Made by a program: the position numbers and the translations under genes. The notes beneath the pieces were generated by a model, which was given only the letters and a program-made list of their open reading frames with translations, was not told the origin of the DNA and ran no database searches. Shown here piece after piece: positions 9,829 through 18,672 of a DNA stretch of 64,000 bases. Position 1 is the first letter of the stretch. Each line of letters begins with the position of its first letter. The DNA is taken from the sequence record MN850601.1. One strand, 5' to 3'. Source of the DNA: Escherichia phage inny.

Positions 9829-10501
9829 ATTTTTGAGCCTCCTCATAAGAGATAAAAGTTTTACCATTGCGAAGATCCTCCAGTGATTGTTTATATTGTT
9901 CCCAGTTTACACCAATCCCCTGTTCTTTCTCTTCTTTTGACAGATTCGCAAAAGGTAAAGGATTATCTCCAAATACATCATCAGGATGGATAAACGCCAT
10001 AATTCGAATAGGACATGGCACGCCTTGAATACCTCGGTTCAAACCTGCCAGTGGAACGCGATGAATCCACTCTGCATCTTCATATCCATAACCGTGGGTG
10101 TATGAGCGGAAATAGCCAGCTTTCTCAATAACTGCACGGGAATACATACCAAACTGGCACATACCTAGTTCCCAAATAACCACTTCCCCTTCAATACCTT
10201 TTACTTTATCTTTAAAGTATTCAGGCATACCAAAGAAATCCCAACCATTTTCCTTCGCCTGTTTTACAAAATATGTTTCCCAACCTTGAACAACAGGATA
10301 GCAATCATCATCAAAAATAAACCAGTAATCATACCCTTCATCATAAAACTTTTTCATCAGTTCATTACGAGCATATGCAACACCTTTTCGTTCACGATCA
10401 TACTGTACAACAAAAGTAGCATTAGGATCAGTCACAAGATAATCTTTAAGAGGACGCTTACCTACAGTAATAACACCAACACCAATTTTTGTATTTTCCA
10501 A
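9815..10501 (-). CDS. glycosyltransferase (GT-A fold-like, DXD motif)
   Basis: 228 aa; YWFIFDDDCYP acidic DXD-type motif typical of nucleotide-sugar transferases. Confidence 0.5.
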   Translation of the reverse strand: MENTKIGVGVITVGKRPLKDYLVTDPNATFVVQYDRERKGVAYARNELMKKFYDEGYDYWFIFDDDCYPVVQGWETYFVKQAKENGWDFFGMPEYFKDKVKGIEGEVVIWELGMCQFGMYSRAVIEKAGYFRSYTHGYGYEDAEWIHRVPLAGLNRGIQGVPCPIRIMAFIHPDDVFGDNPLPFANLSKEEKEQGIGVNWEQYKQSLEDLRNGKTFISYEEAQKYGKS

Positions 10502-10510
10502 AATAACTCC

Positions 10511-11074
10511 TTAAATAATTTTATTCATGTCTTGACAATGTAAAAGGTGTGAAACAGCTTTTCTAGGATCATCATTACCTAAACGGTAGGTGTGAAATAA
10601 ATATAACCCACGTAATAAACCTAGCCTTTTGTTGTTAGCATGTAATGCTTTAGAGAAAATTATATCAAACTGTATTGACCTTTCCTCAAAAGGGATTTCA
10701 TTCCACAGACTCTTACGAAAGAGAAGAAAGAATCCTGCTAAGATAGCATCTGTAGGTACTTCCTCTATTGAGTTTCCCCATTCTAGATGTGCTCTTTTTG
10801 CAATCTCAATGTGGTGTAATATATTCGGATCTTCACTTCTTTCATTATTAAATAATTGATATGTTGATCCCAATCTGTTACAAGATGCACCAAGAACATC
10901 AAAATCAGGATTTGAACGGACAATTGATTCCAGCCAAGCAGGTTGTTCTGGAAGAAGAAACATTGTATCAATGTCTCTTAGGCAAATCCAACTATCTTCT
11001 GGTAAGACACTTATTGTGTCATTGATACCTTTTCCAATATCTCCAGAAAGATAGGGAGTTATGTGAAATATCAT
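10511..11074 (-). CDS. hypothetical protein (possible nucleotide-sugar transferase)
   Basis: 187 aa; CLRDIDTMF DxD-like segment; adjacent to glycosyltransferase genes. Confidence 0.45.
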   Translation of the reverse strand: MIFHITPYLSGDIGKGINDTISVLPEDSWICLRDIDTMFLLPEQPAWLESIVRSNPDFDVLGASCNRLGSTYQLFNNERSEDPNILHHIEIAKRAHLEWGNSIEEVPTDAILAGFFLLFRKSLWNEIPFEERSIQFDIIFSKALHANNKRLGLLRGLYLFHTYRLGNDDPRKAVSHLLHCQDMNKII

Positions 11075-11131
11075 ACTCCCTCCGTATTATTACTTTAGCA
11101 TTTTTAGACTAAAAAGTCCAAATGGTTTTAC

Positions 11132-11326
11132 CTATTGATTACGTTTTGCGAGTTCCATTTGGATAGCTAAACTGTGATCTCGTGCTTCCATATACTCTTT
11201 ATATGTTTCATTAAGATGATCACAACAAACATCACGCAGTTTAATCAGTTTATCTGTAGGGATACCACTAAGATCATCCCAAGATTTTACAACTTCACCA
11301 GTATCATTGATCCCAATGGTTTTCAT
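11132..11326 (-). CDS. hypothetical protein
   Basis: 64 aa; strong SD (AAGGAGG) upstream of ATG. Confidence 0.5.
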   Translation of the reverse strand: MKTIGINDTGEVVKSWDDLSGIPTDKLIKLRDVCCDHLNETYKEYMEARDHSLAIQMELAKRNQ

Positions 11327-11534
11327 CTACAACCTCCTTAATTGCTACAGCACAGTTTTTGCAGATACACTGCCCTTTACCTTTAGAAATCTGAATGTAA
11401 GGTTCATTTTCATTTTCGCCCTTACGTGAGTCATATATTACAGTATTGAAGCACACAACGCAAATATTTTTTAAGATTGTATACTTATCAACTTTCTTTT
11501 TTGTTTTAAAGTTAACTTCAATAACATCAGCCAT
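11304..11534 (-). CDS. Cys-rich zinc-finger-like small protein
   Basis: Track ORF 11304..11582 trimmed to ATG overlapping upstream stop (ATGA); CVVC...CICKNC cysteine pairs. Confidence 0.45.
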   Translation of the reverse strand: MADVIEVNFKTKKKVDKYTILKNICVVCFNTVIYDSRKGENENEPYIQISKGKGQCICKNCAVAIKEVVDENHWDQ

Positions 11535-11812
11535 CAGTGTAACACTCCCAGTATGTTGCTTTGTGACATAACCATAGAACATTCAACATTATCGTGACTA
11601 CGTGAAAAACGTTCCCAAACCTCTTCATCGACTCGTAAAGCTATACAAGGATAGACGTTATCATTGATCATTTCAATTGAATAAACATCCATATTGTCTT
11701 CGTCTTCGATGAACATCATTGCAAACTGTTCTAAATGTTTCCTAATGTAATGTACATCCTCTTCTGTAAGACCAATAACAAGATAACTTGCAACGATAAC
11801 GCCATCTTTCAT
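11534..11812 (-). CDS. hypothetical protein
   Basis: 92 aa ORF in leftward block. Confidence 0.5.
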   Translation of the reverse strand: MKDGVIVASYLVIGLTEEDVHYIRKHLEQFAMMFIEDEDNMDVYSIEMINDNVYPCIALRVDEEVWERFSRSHDNVECSMVMSQSNILGVLH

Positions 11813-11822
11813 CTATATCTCC

Positions 11823-12332
11823 TTAGCGATAAAATTGATGTTCTTTGTAGCGGTACACTAGAACCATATCTTTTTCCCAGTGTGCTCTTATTGTAGATTT
11901 TTTAAAGTATAATGCTCCTTTTGTAATATCTAATGCAATTCGTAATTCTGGAAAATGCGTATCGAGATAAAGTAGACGTTCTGCTATAGCCTTAGCTTCC
12001 TTCCACTTATCACGTTCCATAACGTTGAATGTCTTTGTGTAAGAGAATTGTCCTTTTTGAAACAAAACTTCTTTTATAGTATCAGGGAAATATGAATCTC
12101 TAGCCCTATTCAATACTACATTACCAACAGCAGACATACCGCGCTTTCCTTGATTACGACTTTCTGCATAGATTGCACAAGCTAATAGATTTTCTTTACT
12201 ATCACGCTTTGTACACTTGTGAACTACTTTAGCAGTTTTTACGTTTGCAGCTTCGGCTTGCGCCACAACAGGTGTAAATGTAAAAGCAGTTAAGGATAGT
12301 AACGCAATTGCGACAAAGGTTTTTATTGACAA
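11823..12332 (-). CDS. secreted cell-wall hydrolase (SleB/CwlJ-like)
   Basis: 169 aa; N-terminal signal peptide MSIKTFVAIALLSLTAFTFTPVVAQA; LLACAIYAESRNQG...VGNVVLNRARDSYFPDTIKEVLFQKGQFS resembles Hydrolase_2 family. Confidence 0.55.
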   Translation of the reverse strand: MSIKTFVAIALLSLTAFTFTPVVAQAEAANVKTAKVVHKCTKRDSKENLLACAIYAESRNQGKRGMSAVGNVVLNRARDSYFPDTIKEVLFQKGQFSYTKTFNVMERDKWKEAKAIAERLLYLDTHFPELRIALDITKGALYFKKSTIRAHWEKDMVLVYRYKEHQFYR

Positions 12333-12425
12333 ACTTGCCTCCTATTTTGTTAAACGAACTTTTATTGTAACACAGAAGAGGCTGTTTTGCAAGTGGAGGG
12401 GGGATAATCCCCCTCTTAGACTCTG

Positions 12426-13028
12426 TTAGATATTGTAAACCTTTGTATGAGTTACTACACCATCTTCTACAAAATCAATACGTTCTTGATCCGTAACTAG
12501 TGCAGACAACACTTTAAATTTAATTTTTACACGTTCAAAAGCTGGTTGACCATCTTTAAGATAATTATGTTCGGTTGTCACTGTCTTGTTTACAAAATCA
12601 ACTTTCGCTTTACCGTTTTCGCGCAAGTGGAATGTTTTTCCTGCTTTATACACAATTTCAACATTACCTTCGAGAGTAATTCCTTCAAAAAGTTCACCCT
12701 CTTCTTCATTTTCTTCACTTTTGAACAGACGACGAAACTCTTCCATATCAAGATAAACAACATCTTCAGAATAACTATCAGTAAGGTATGTCTTACCATC
12801 CATTAACCCGAAATATTGCCAGATCGCAGAATAAACATCACTAGTTGATCCAAGGGTTTCTCTGAGTTTAGTTCCACGGATTACTTCATAAACTTCAAAA
12901 TTGAAACCAGACTGCAAAGCATCAAACAGTACATCACTAACTTCTACAGCATAATCTTGATTGTTGTCAACATCCACAAGAAAATTGCCGCTACGAATAA
13001 GTTTTTGACCTTCTAAAGTAATACCCAT
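12426..13028 (-). CDS. hypothetical protein
   Basis: 200 aa; GAGGAG SD upstream. Confidence 0.55.
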   Translation of the reverse strand: MGITLEGQKLIRSGNFLVDVDNNQDYAVEVSDVLFDALQSGFNFEVYEVIRGTKLRETLGSTSDVYSAIWQYFGLMDGKTYLTDSYSEDVVYLDMEEFRRLFKSEENEEEGELFEGITLEGNVEIVYKAGKTFHLRENGKAKVDFVNKTVTTEHNYLKDGQPAFERVKIKFKVLSALVTDQERIDFVEDGVVTHTKVYNI

Positions 13029-13040
13029 TGTTTTCTCCTC

Positions 13041-13072
13041 TTTTATTTAAAATATGCGCCCCGAAGGGCGCT
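13041..13072 (-). terminator. hairpin GCGCCC-CGAA-GGGCGC downstream of terD-like gene
   Basis: 6-bp GC stem followed by AT-rich tract on minus strand, between 13081 stop and next gene's RBS. Confidence 0.4.
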
Positions 13073-13080
13073 ATGATTTA

Positions 13081-13677
13081 TTACTCGAACCAATCGTCGC
13101 CAGCGCCAAACGCTTTAACTACATCGTAAATGTCAAGCCCAGCTTTACCCACACCATACGCTTTCAGTTTCCATTCGCTATCTTCTCGCACCAGGGAGGC
13201 AACGTGGCAAATGGTATTACCTGCAAGTTCTGGAGCTAAGAAATCAAAATCCAGCAGTTCAACGTTACGTTCATCATCGAAGATTTTAAGGAAACCTTCG
13301 GTAGCGTGACCAAGGCGTTTTTTACCCGTTTCGTCATCAATAGTAATTACGAATGCAATTTCCTGTGCTTCAGCAGAGATATTATCCAGCGTAACATCAA
13401 TCTGCTCCATCTGTCCTACACCGTCACGAACATCTTCACCTGCAAAAGTAGAACGTTCAGGATCAAATTTCTGTGCGTAGCATACCAGGTGGCGAGGAGA
13501 CAACAGTTCCGGCAGACCAGATGCATTGTGTCGGCAAATCAGAGCACTAACATCCAGATCCAGTTTTTCGTTAGATTTCCAAGAGAATTCCAGACGAATG
13601 CGTTTCAGTGCTGGTGCAATCTTTTTCAGAGAAACTTTTTCGCTAGAACCTTTTTTCAGGGAAATTTTCTGAGTCAT
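13081..13677 (-). CDS. terD: TerD-family protein (tellurium-resistance TerD/TerE/TerZ domain)
   Basis: 198 aa; ISLKKGSSEKVSLKK, DLDVSALIC, AFVITIDD, FLKIFDDERNVELLDFDF, EWKLKAYGVGKAGL align with canonical TerD from memory. Confidence 0.85.
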   Translation of the reverse strand: MTQKISLKKGSSEKVSLKKIAPALKRIRLEFSWKSNEKLDLDVSALICRHNASGLPELLSPRHLVCYAQKFDPERSTFAGEDVRDGVGQMEQIDVTLDNISAEAQEIAFVITIDDETGKKRLGHATEGFLKIFDDERNVELLDFDFLAPELAGNTICHVASLVREDSEWKLKAYGVGKAGLDIYDVVKAFGAGDDWFE

Positions 13678-13749
13678 AATTTATTATCTCCTTTGTTGTT
13701 AATTTACGTTGTCTATTTTACTAATCTTTTCTACAAAGTCAAGCGTTTT

Positions 13750-14544
13750 TTACGCTTTTGCTCCAAATTTTTTAACCCACTCGCCAAACTCTTCGGATAG
13801 CAGTTTATCGTAAAGTTCTTCGTCAGACAAGGACAAATCTGCAATACCGATAAAATCAACATTATCGTATTCTTTTGCCAAGTCTTTCAGGAATTTAAAG
13901 TTTGCATTACCTACACCAACCATAAACCAGTAAACAGGAGTGTTGCGGTGTTTGTTCAGCAAACTACGTACTGCTGAAGTATCCATGTTCTCCCCGTCAG
14001 TTTGGAAGAAAATCATTGCAGGAGTACGATCAACTTGTGCATCAGTATCTACAACCTGTTCTACAACAGTACGTGTAACTTCTACACGTTCTTTTTTACC
14101 AGTTAGTTTAGCAAGGAAGCCCTTAGCCGGAACTTCTTCATACTCAACGACTTCGCGTGTAATATTTTTCATAGGTACACTACCGAAGTATGTATCATAG
14201 ATCTCTTGCATTACTGGAGCATAAGCTGTACCACCATTGATGCAAACATTAGACATACAAGAGCCGACATAATCATCATATACATCAGCCGTTGCAGGAG
14301 GCAGTTCAAAAGAAGAACTATTGAAAGCCCACATGTCAATCTGTGCATTATCATCAAACTTCATACCAAACGGCAGCAGCTTACCTACAAAATCACTGAC
14401 AGTGCCATCACGATACAGCTCACACATACTACCCGAAATATCTAAGGCGCTACCTACACGAAGAACAACATCGTTAATCTTTTTCTTACGCAGGGATACA
14501 GTAAGAGTTTCTTGACGTTTTTTAAGACTGATTTTATTGGACAT
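13750..14544 (-). CDS. von Willebrand factor A (vWA) domain protein, TerY-like
   Basis: 264 aa; MIDAS motif VGSALDISGSM; N-terminus MSNKISLKKRQETLTVSLRKK echoes the TerD N-terminal motif. Confidence 0.7.
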   Translation of the reverse strand: MSNKISLKKRQETLTVSLRKKKINDVVLRVGSALDISGSMCELYRDGTVSDFVGKLLPFGMKFDDNAQIDMWAFNSSSFELPPATADVYDDYVGSCMSNVCINGGTAYAPVMQEIYDTYFGSVPMKNITREVVEYEEVPAKGFLAKLTGKKERVEVTRTVVEQVVDTDAQVDRTPAMIFFQTDGENMDTSAVRSLLNKHRNTPVYWFMVGVGNANFKFLKDLAKEYDNVDFIGIADLSLSDEELYDKLLSEEFGEWVKKFGAKA

Positions 14545-14545
14545 A

Positions 14546-14815
14546 TTATTTCTCCTTTCTGACTGTAATGTTAGTAACTTCTAAATCCACTTCTACCACT
14601 TCTGTATCATATAAAATACAGTTAAGTTGACCTCTTTGTGAACCGTTCAGACACATTGCTTGGTTTGTATTAACCTTAATAAACACTAAGTTTCTGAACG
14701 TATCTAAACCAGCATCTTGATAGGCAACATAATATACGAATGTATCACCTGTGTCAAGTTCTCCAAAACATTTAGGTTCATCTGATTTGTCGTCTTTGAT
14801 ATTAAATTTAAGCAC
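14546..14815 (-). CDS. hypothetical protein
   Basis: 89 aa ORF. Confidence 0.5.
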   Translation of the reverse strand: MLKFNIKDDKSDEPKCFGELDTGDTFVYYVAYQDAGLDTFRNLVFIKVNTNQAMCLNGSQRGQLNCILYDTEVVEVDLEVTNITVRKEK

Positions 14816-15371
14816 TGTCTTCTCCTTTACCTGCTCTCAAGCCTAAATAGAAAGCCTCTCTGGTGATCTTTTGCAACTCGTTTAAAGAGATAGTTACAAC
14901 TAAATCATCTTCAATTTCTAGCTTTGAGTCTTCTTCTGTCTCAATGCAAGTATTATGCACTTTGTGGTAAGGATTGTCAACACGTTTAAATTTATTATTT
15001 TCAGTGCTGAAGAAGCAATCTGGATCTTCTTCCCCATCACCCCAACCCTGGTTAGGATCTTCTTCAGATCTTTCTGTTGGGATCTCGCCTGTAAAGTGCT
15101 CTTCTAATACCAGAGCAATCCCATCTCCAAGATCGGAAGAGAACATCAAATTACAAACTTCTTCCCAAGGCATAGACCACTTAAATCTTTTACGATTGCC
15201 ATGTTTATCTTCTTCGTTAGAGAAAACACTACCATAGCTATCATAATTCCCATACATCTCTTCGACAACCTTACCACCTTTCAAAAGAAATAGGTAGCAA
15301 GGAGAGCCATCGAAAGAGGTAGAAAGAGCAGCATTACCAGACTCTTTGCACAAGAAACTAAAACACCCCAT
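14808..15371 (-). CDS. hypothetical acidic protein
   Basis: 187 aa ORF. Confidence 0.5.
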   Translation of the reverse strand: MGCFSFLCKESGNAALSTSFDGSPCYLFLLKGGKVVEEMYGNYDSYGSVFSNEEDKHGNRKRFKWSMPWEEVCNLMFSSDLGDGIALVLEEHFTGEIPTERSEEDPNQGWGDGEEDPDCFFSTENNKFKRVDNPYHKVHNTCIETEEDSKLEIEDDLVVTISLNELQKITREAFYLGLRAGKGEDSA

Positions 15372-15571
15372 TATACACCAGCCTTAAGATCAATTAAAGC
15401 CAAAGTTGTTTCAGAGTGTGTTTGCTCGTCTACAGGTGCAGTCATATGATAATACAAAAAATCTTCGGCATCATACCAATCTGATTCTTGACCTTGTTTC
15501 CAACCATCAATGAAAGCATCTTCCATAATGGTTTGCAATTCTTCACGAGTTAAGTGAATATCTTTACTCAT
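15371..15571 (-). CDS. hypothetical protein
   Basis: 66 aa ORF, overlapping stop/start with neighbours. Confidence 0.45.
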   Translation of the reverse strand: MSKDIHLTREELQTIMEDAFIDGWKQGQESDWYDAEDFLYYHMTAPVDEQTHSETTLALIDLKAGV

Positions 15572-15777
15572 TACACATTTTCCTCTTTTACCAATTCCAT
15601 TGTTGAATTGTCAAAACCATCTTTAGAAGAATAGGTATAGACAGCACGTAGTTCTCGCAGGACAGTGAATACATTAGGATCATCTAACCAAGCATCCTGG
15701 AGGAGAACATAACGATCTTCATTGTCATACTGGACAGCAATCATAGAGCCAGACAGTTTGTAAATTTTAATATTCAT
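15571..15777 (-). CDS. hypothetical protein
   Basis: Track ORF 15571..15804 trimmed to ATG (MNIKIYKL...) with AAGGAG SD. Confidence 0.45.
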   Translation of the reverse strand: MNIKIYKLSGSMIAVQYDNEDRYVLLQDAWLDDPNVFTVLRELRAVYTYSSKDGFDNSTMELVKEENV

Positions 15778-15790
15778 AATATATTTCTCC

Positions 15791-16894
15791 TTAAAGTAGA
15801 CCACGTTTAACAGTTTGAATCATACCATCTTCAAGAGATTGCACTTCTTGAATGTAATCAATACGAGCAGCACGGGCTTCAGTGTTGATTCGGTTAGTTT
15901 CTTCCAACATTTTAACTAAGTTTTCTTGATCACGACGCAATGTTTCAATATCCAATACTTGACGATTAGCAAGTTGTGTAGCTTCAATCTGGTTTTGTGC
16001 AGCCAGATCACTACCCATTGCAATAGCAGCATTAAATTCATTCAGTACGTTGTTCTGTGTATCGGCTGCTTTCTTCTGGCGCAGACTTTCAATATACATA
16101 GAAAAGTTTGCAGAGTAAGCAGGAATAACATTGTTCACAATATTACGGGCTGATCGCATCAAACTTGCAGATACTTTCTGCATACTTTGTACACGTGGCC
16201 CCATCTGAACGCACAGTAAGCGTAAGGCTTTCAGGTCTGCAATACGAATTTCAAGCAGATCCATAGTGTCACGAGTACGTTGACGCTCTTCTACTTCATT
16301 TTCAGGTAGTGTATTAAGGCGAACTTCTTCTTTTTCATAAGTAGCTGTTAGAAGCTCTATATCCCTGTTTAAGCTAAGAGCATATTTTGCAATAGCCTCC
16401 TCTAAACGTTGCAGATATCGTAAAGAATCTTCTTCTTTTTTCAAGTCTGTTTGGAGTGTCTTTACCAAACCCTCAATACGATTATTGATGGTGTCAAATT
16501 CTCCAAACAAATCTTCTTTCATACCTAATACTTTCTTAACTAACTTACCTAAACCTTTAGATTGTTTAATAGAATTAGGATCAAGTTGCTTTGCTTGCTT
16601 AATAAGTGCAGTTAAACGTTCACTCATTTCATCTCCCTGAGATGAACGCTGGTGTTTAAGCACTTCAGCATTAAGGTTACGAAGAGTAAGTCCTGCATCA
16701 GCACCAACTTGTTCAATCTCTTCACGAGACATTGGAGGCAGCATTTGTACAGGTCGTGCAACAGCAGGGGCATATACAGGACTTGCATCCATAGCACTTG
16801 GAGCAAACAAAGACTTACTTTTTTCTGTTGTTGCCGTGAATACACTCATTTCAGACGGTTTGCTTTTTACGGCACTGATAAAAGGACTGGACAT
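15791..16894 (-). CDS. TelA/KlaA-like toxic-anion-resistance family protein
   Basis: 367 aa, coiled-coil rich; KQLDPNS and C-terminal LDIETLRRDQENLVKMLEETNRINTEARAAR resemble TelA family as recalled; sits inside the Ter-like cluster. Confidence 0.6.
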   Translation of the reverse strand: MSSPFISAVKSKPSEMSVFTATTEKSKSLFAPSAMDASPVYAPAVARPVQMLPPMSREEIEQVGADAGLTLRNLNAEVLKHQRSSQGDEMSERLTALIKQAKQLDPNSIKQSKGLGKLVKKVLGMKEDLFGEFDTINNRIEGLVKTLQTDLKKEEDSLRYLQRLEEAIAKYALSLNRDIELLTATYEKEEVRLNTLPENEVEERQRTRDTMDLLEIRIADLKALRLLCVQMGPRVQSMQKVSASLMRSARNIVNNVIPAYSANFSMYIESLRQKKAADTQNNVLNEFNAAIAMGSDLAAQNQIEATQLANRQVLDIETLRRDQENLVKMLEETNRINTEARAARIDYIQEVQSLEDGMIQTVKRGLL

Positions 16895-16962
16895 TCAATT
16901 TCCTCCATATTCTTTAGTAGATGGTGATACCTCTGTACCACCATCATAACACAAATTAAGTA

Positions 16963-17814
16963 TTAAACAAACATATCTAAATAATTTGTAGTAATAAATG
17001 CTCCATCTGCTTCCAGATTAACATAACCAGTAGCATTAGTGGTTAAGAAATCCAGATCGAAGGACTCTTTAACACCCCGTACCTCAACACGAGAGATATC
17101 GAATACAGGTAGTGTAACAGCCTCTTCGTGCAATACCGTACCTTTGTAGGTTGCCTTAATGATAAACTTGATATTACCCGTTCCAGCATCATACAAAACA
17201 CTTTCAAACCCTTTGAGAGTATATTTATCACCAGAAGTGAAGTGCAAAGTTGCTTTGTTTACAGTACGTTTTTTACGAGGAGTTCCTTTCACACGTTTAT
17301 GATCACTACGTTTTTTGTATTTAGGAATGAATACAAACGATACACTCTCAAGAAAGGTATCAACATCAAGGATTTTAATATCCTCTGTTGCAGCAAATTT
17401 TGAAGTCGTTGCATCAAAATGCTTTTCCCTGCGATCATACATAAAGATATCAAACCGATCTTCTAAATCAAACAAATTATGTATTTTAATTTCAGAATGC
17501 TTGCGCATTGCAGCAACCTTGAACTCTTCAAAACGTGGGTGTTCTACAAGTTCTTCAAGTTTTACACCAAAGACAGTATATTGCTTCGAAGTCTTTTCTG
17601 GTGTTGGCATTACAGAAGCATAATCACCGATTGCGCTCTTAAAGCAAAATTGTTCTTGACCTGTATTTTTACCAACGAATTTACAGTATTCGTCATTGTG
17701 CATACTTTCCTTAGTAGTACCAACAAACTCAAAACCATCTTTATTCTTCTCAAGGATTTCTTGATTAAAGATCCAACCTTCCAGGCGATATACTTTACCA
17801 ACTTCTAGTTTCAT
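16963..17814 (-). CDS. hypothetical protein
   Basis: 283 aa ORF. Confidence 0.55.
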   Translation of the reverse strand: MKLEVGKVYRLEGWIFNQEILEKNKDGFEFVGTTKESMHNDEYCKFVGKNTGQEQFCFKSAIGDYASVMPTPEKTSKQYTVFGVKLEELVEHPRFEEFKVAAMRKHSEIKIHNLFDLEDRFDIFMYDRREKHFDATTSKFAATEDIKILDVDTFLESVSFVFIPKYKKRSDHKRVKGTPRKKRTVNKATLHFTSGDKYTLKGFESVLYDAGTGNIKFIIKATYKGTVLHEEAVTLPVFDISRVEVRGVKESFDLDFLTTNATGYVNLEADGAFITTNYLDMFV

Positions 17815-17849
17815 CTGTTTCTCCTTCTTATTTAATCTGTATTAAATTA

Positions 17850-18440
17850 TTAACGACGACGTGAGCTACTAAAACTACGTTTCGACGAAGAATAACTTTT
17901 CGAAGACTTACTATAAGAGCTAATAGGGCTTGAGTAAGACTTACGAGCAGAGTAATCACTATTCACTTTTGTTGTTGACGGGCGTGAATACGTTTGTACA
18001 CTTTGCTGCTTAATTGTGTTTTGTTTAGTGGTTGTATATTTATTTCCTTGTTTATCATAAAAACTATGCTTTTGTGTTGTATATGCTTTACTGTTAGTTG
18101 TAGGAGCAGCGTTGTTATTAATAATTGTTGTACTGCTACCACCATCTCTATAACCGCCACCGCCACTATTACCACTCAACATATGACCAAGAAGCATACC
18201 TGTAGCAAACTCACCTACACCAGAAGAACCACTGCCGCCTCCTTGCACAACAACTGTTGAAGGTTGTGCAGGTGCTGCTTGAACAACTTGAGGTGCAGGT
18301 TGATTTACATATTGTTCATCTACCATCTGATTTGGTGTTTGTTGGTAACGTTGATTTTGTACATTTTCAGAATCATCACAACCTACCAGCAATGCACTAC
18401 CTAATACAACTGCAACAATAAAAGATTTAATGTTTTTCAT
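17850..18440 (-). CDS. lipoprotein
   Basis: Track ORF trimmed to ATG (MKNIKSF...) with GAGGG SD; signal peptide + lipobox LLVGC; Gly-rich then S/Y-rich tail. Confidence 0.6.
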   Translation of the reverse strand: MKNIKSFIVAVVLGSALLVGCDDSENVQNQRYQQTPNQMVDEQYVNQPAPQVVQAAPAQPSTVVVQGGGSGSSGVGEFATGMLLGHMLSGNSGGGGYRDGGSSTTIINNNAAPTTNSKAYTTQKHSFYDKQGNKYTTTKQNTIKQQSVQTYSRPSTTKVNSDYSARKSYSSPISSYSKSSKSYSSSKRSFSSSRRR

Positions 18441-18633
18441 TTGTAACCCTCTCATTTAAAGTCTCAACACAATTTTTAAAATCCCTAGAGAAACAATACA
18501 TCTGTTCTCCGTTCCTGTTGATAGTAATTGTATGGTTATCAATATATGTTGTCAAGATAAAAATCAAACAAAACAACCCTAGAGCAAAACAAATATTTTC
18601 AAACAGAATCCAAAGAACACGTAAAACCACCAT
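18427..18633 (-). CDS. small hydrophobic protein
   Basis: 68 aa with hydrophobic stretch; short and overlapping. Confidence 0.3.
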   Translation of the reverse strand: MVVLRVLWILFENICFALGLFCLIFILTTYIDNHTITINRNGEQMYCFSRDFKNCVETLNERVTNEKH

Positions 18634-18672
18634 CAGATCACCTCAACAAAGCCCCCGAAGTGGCTTAATGAA

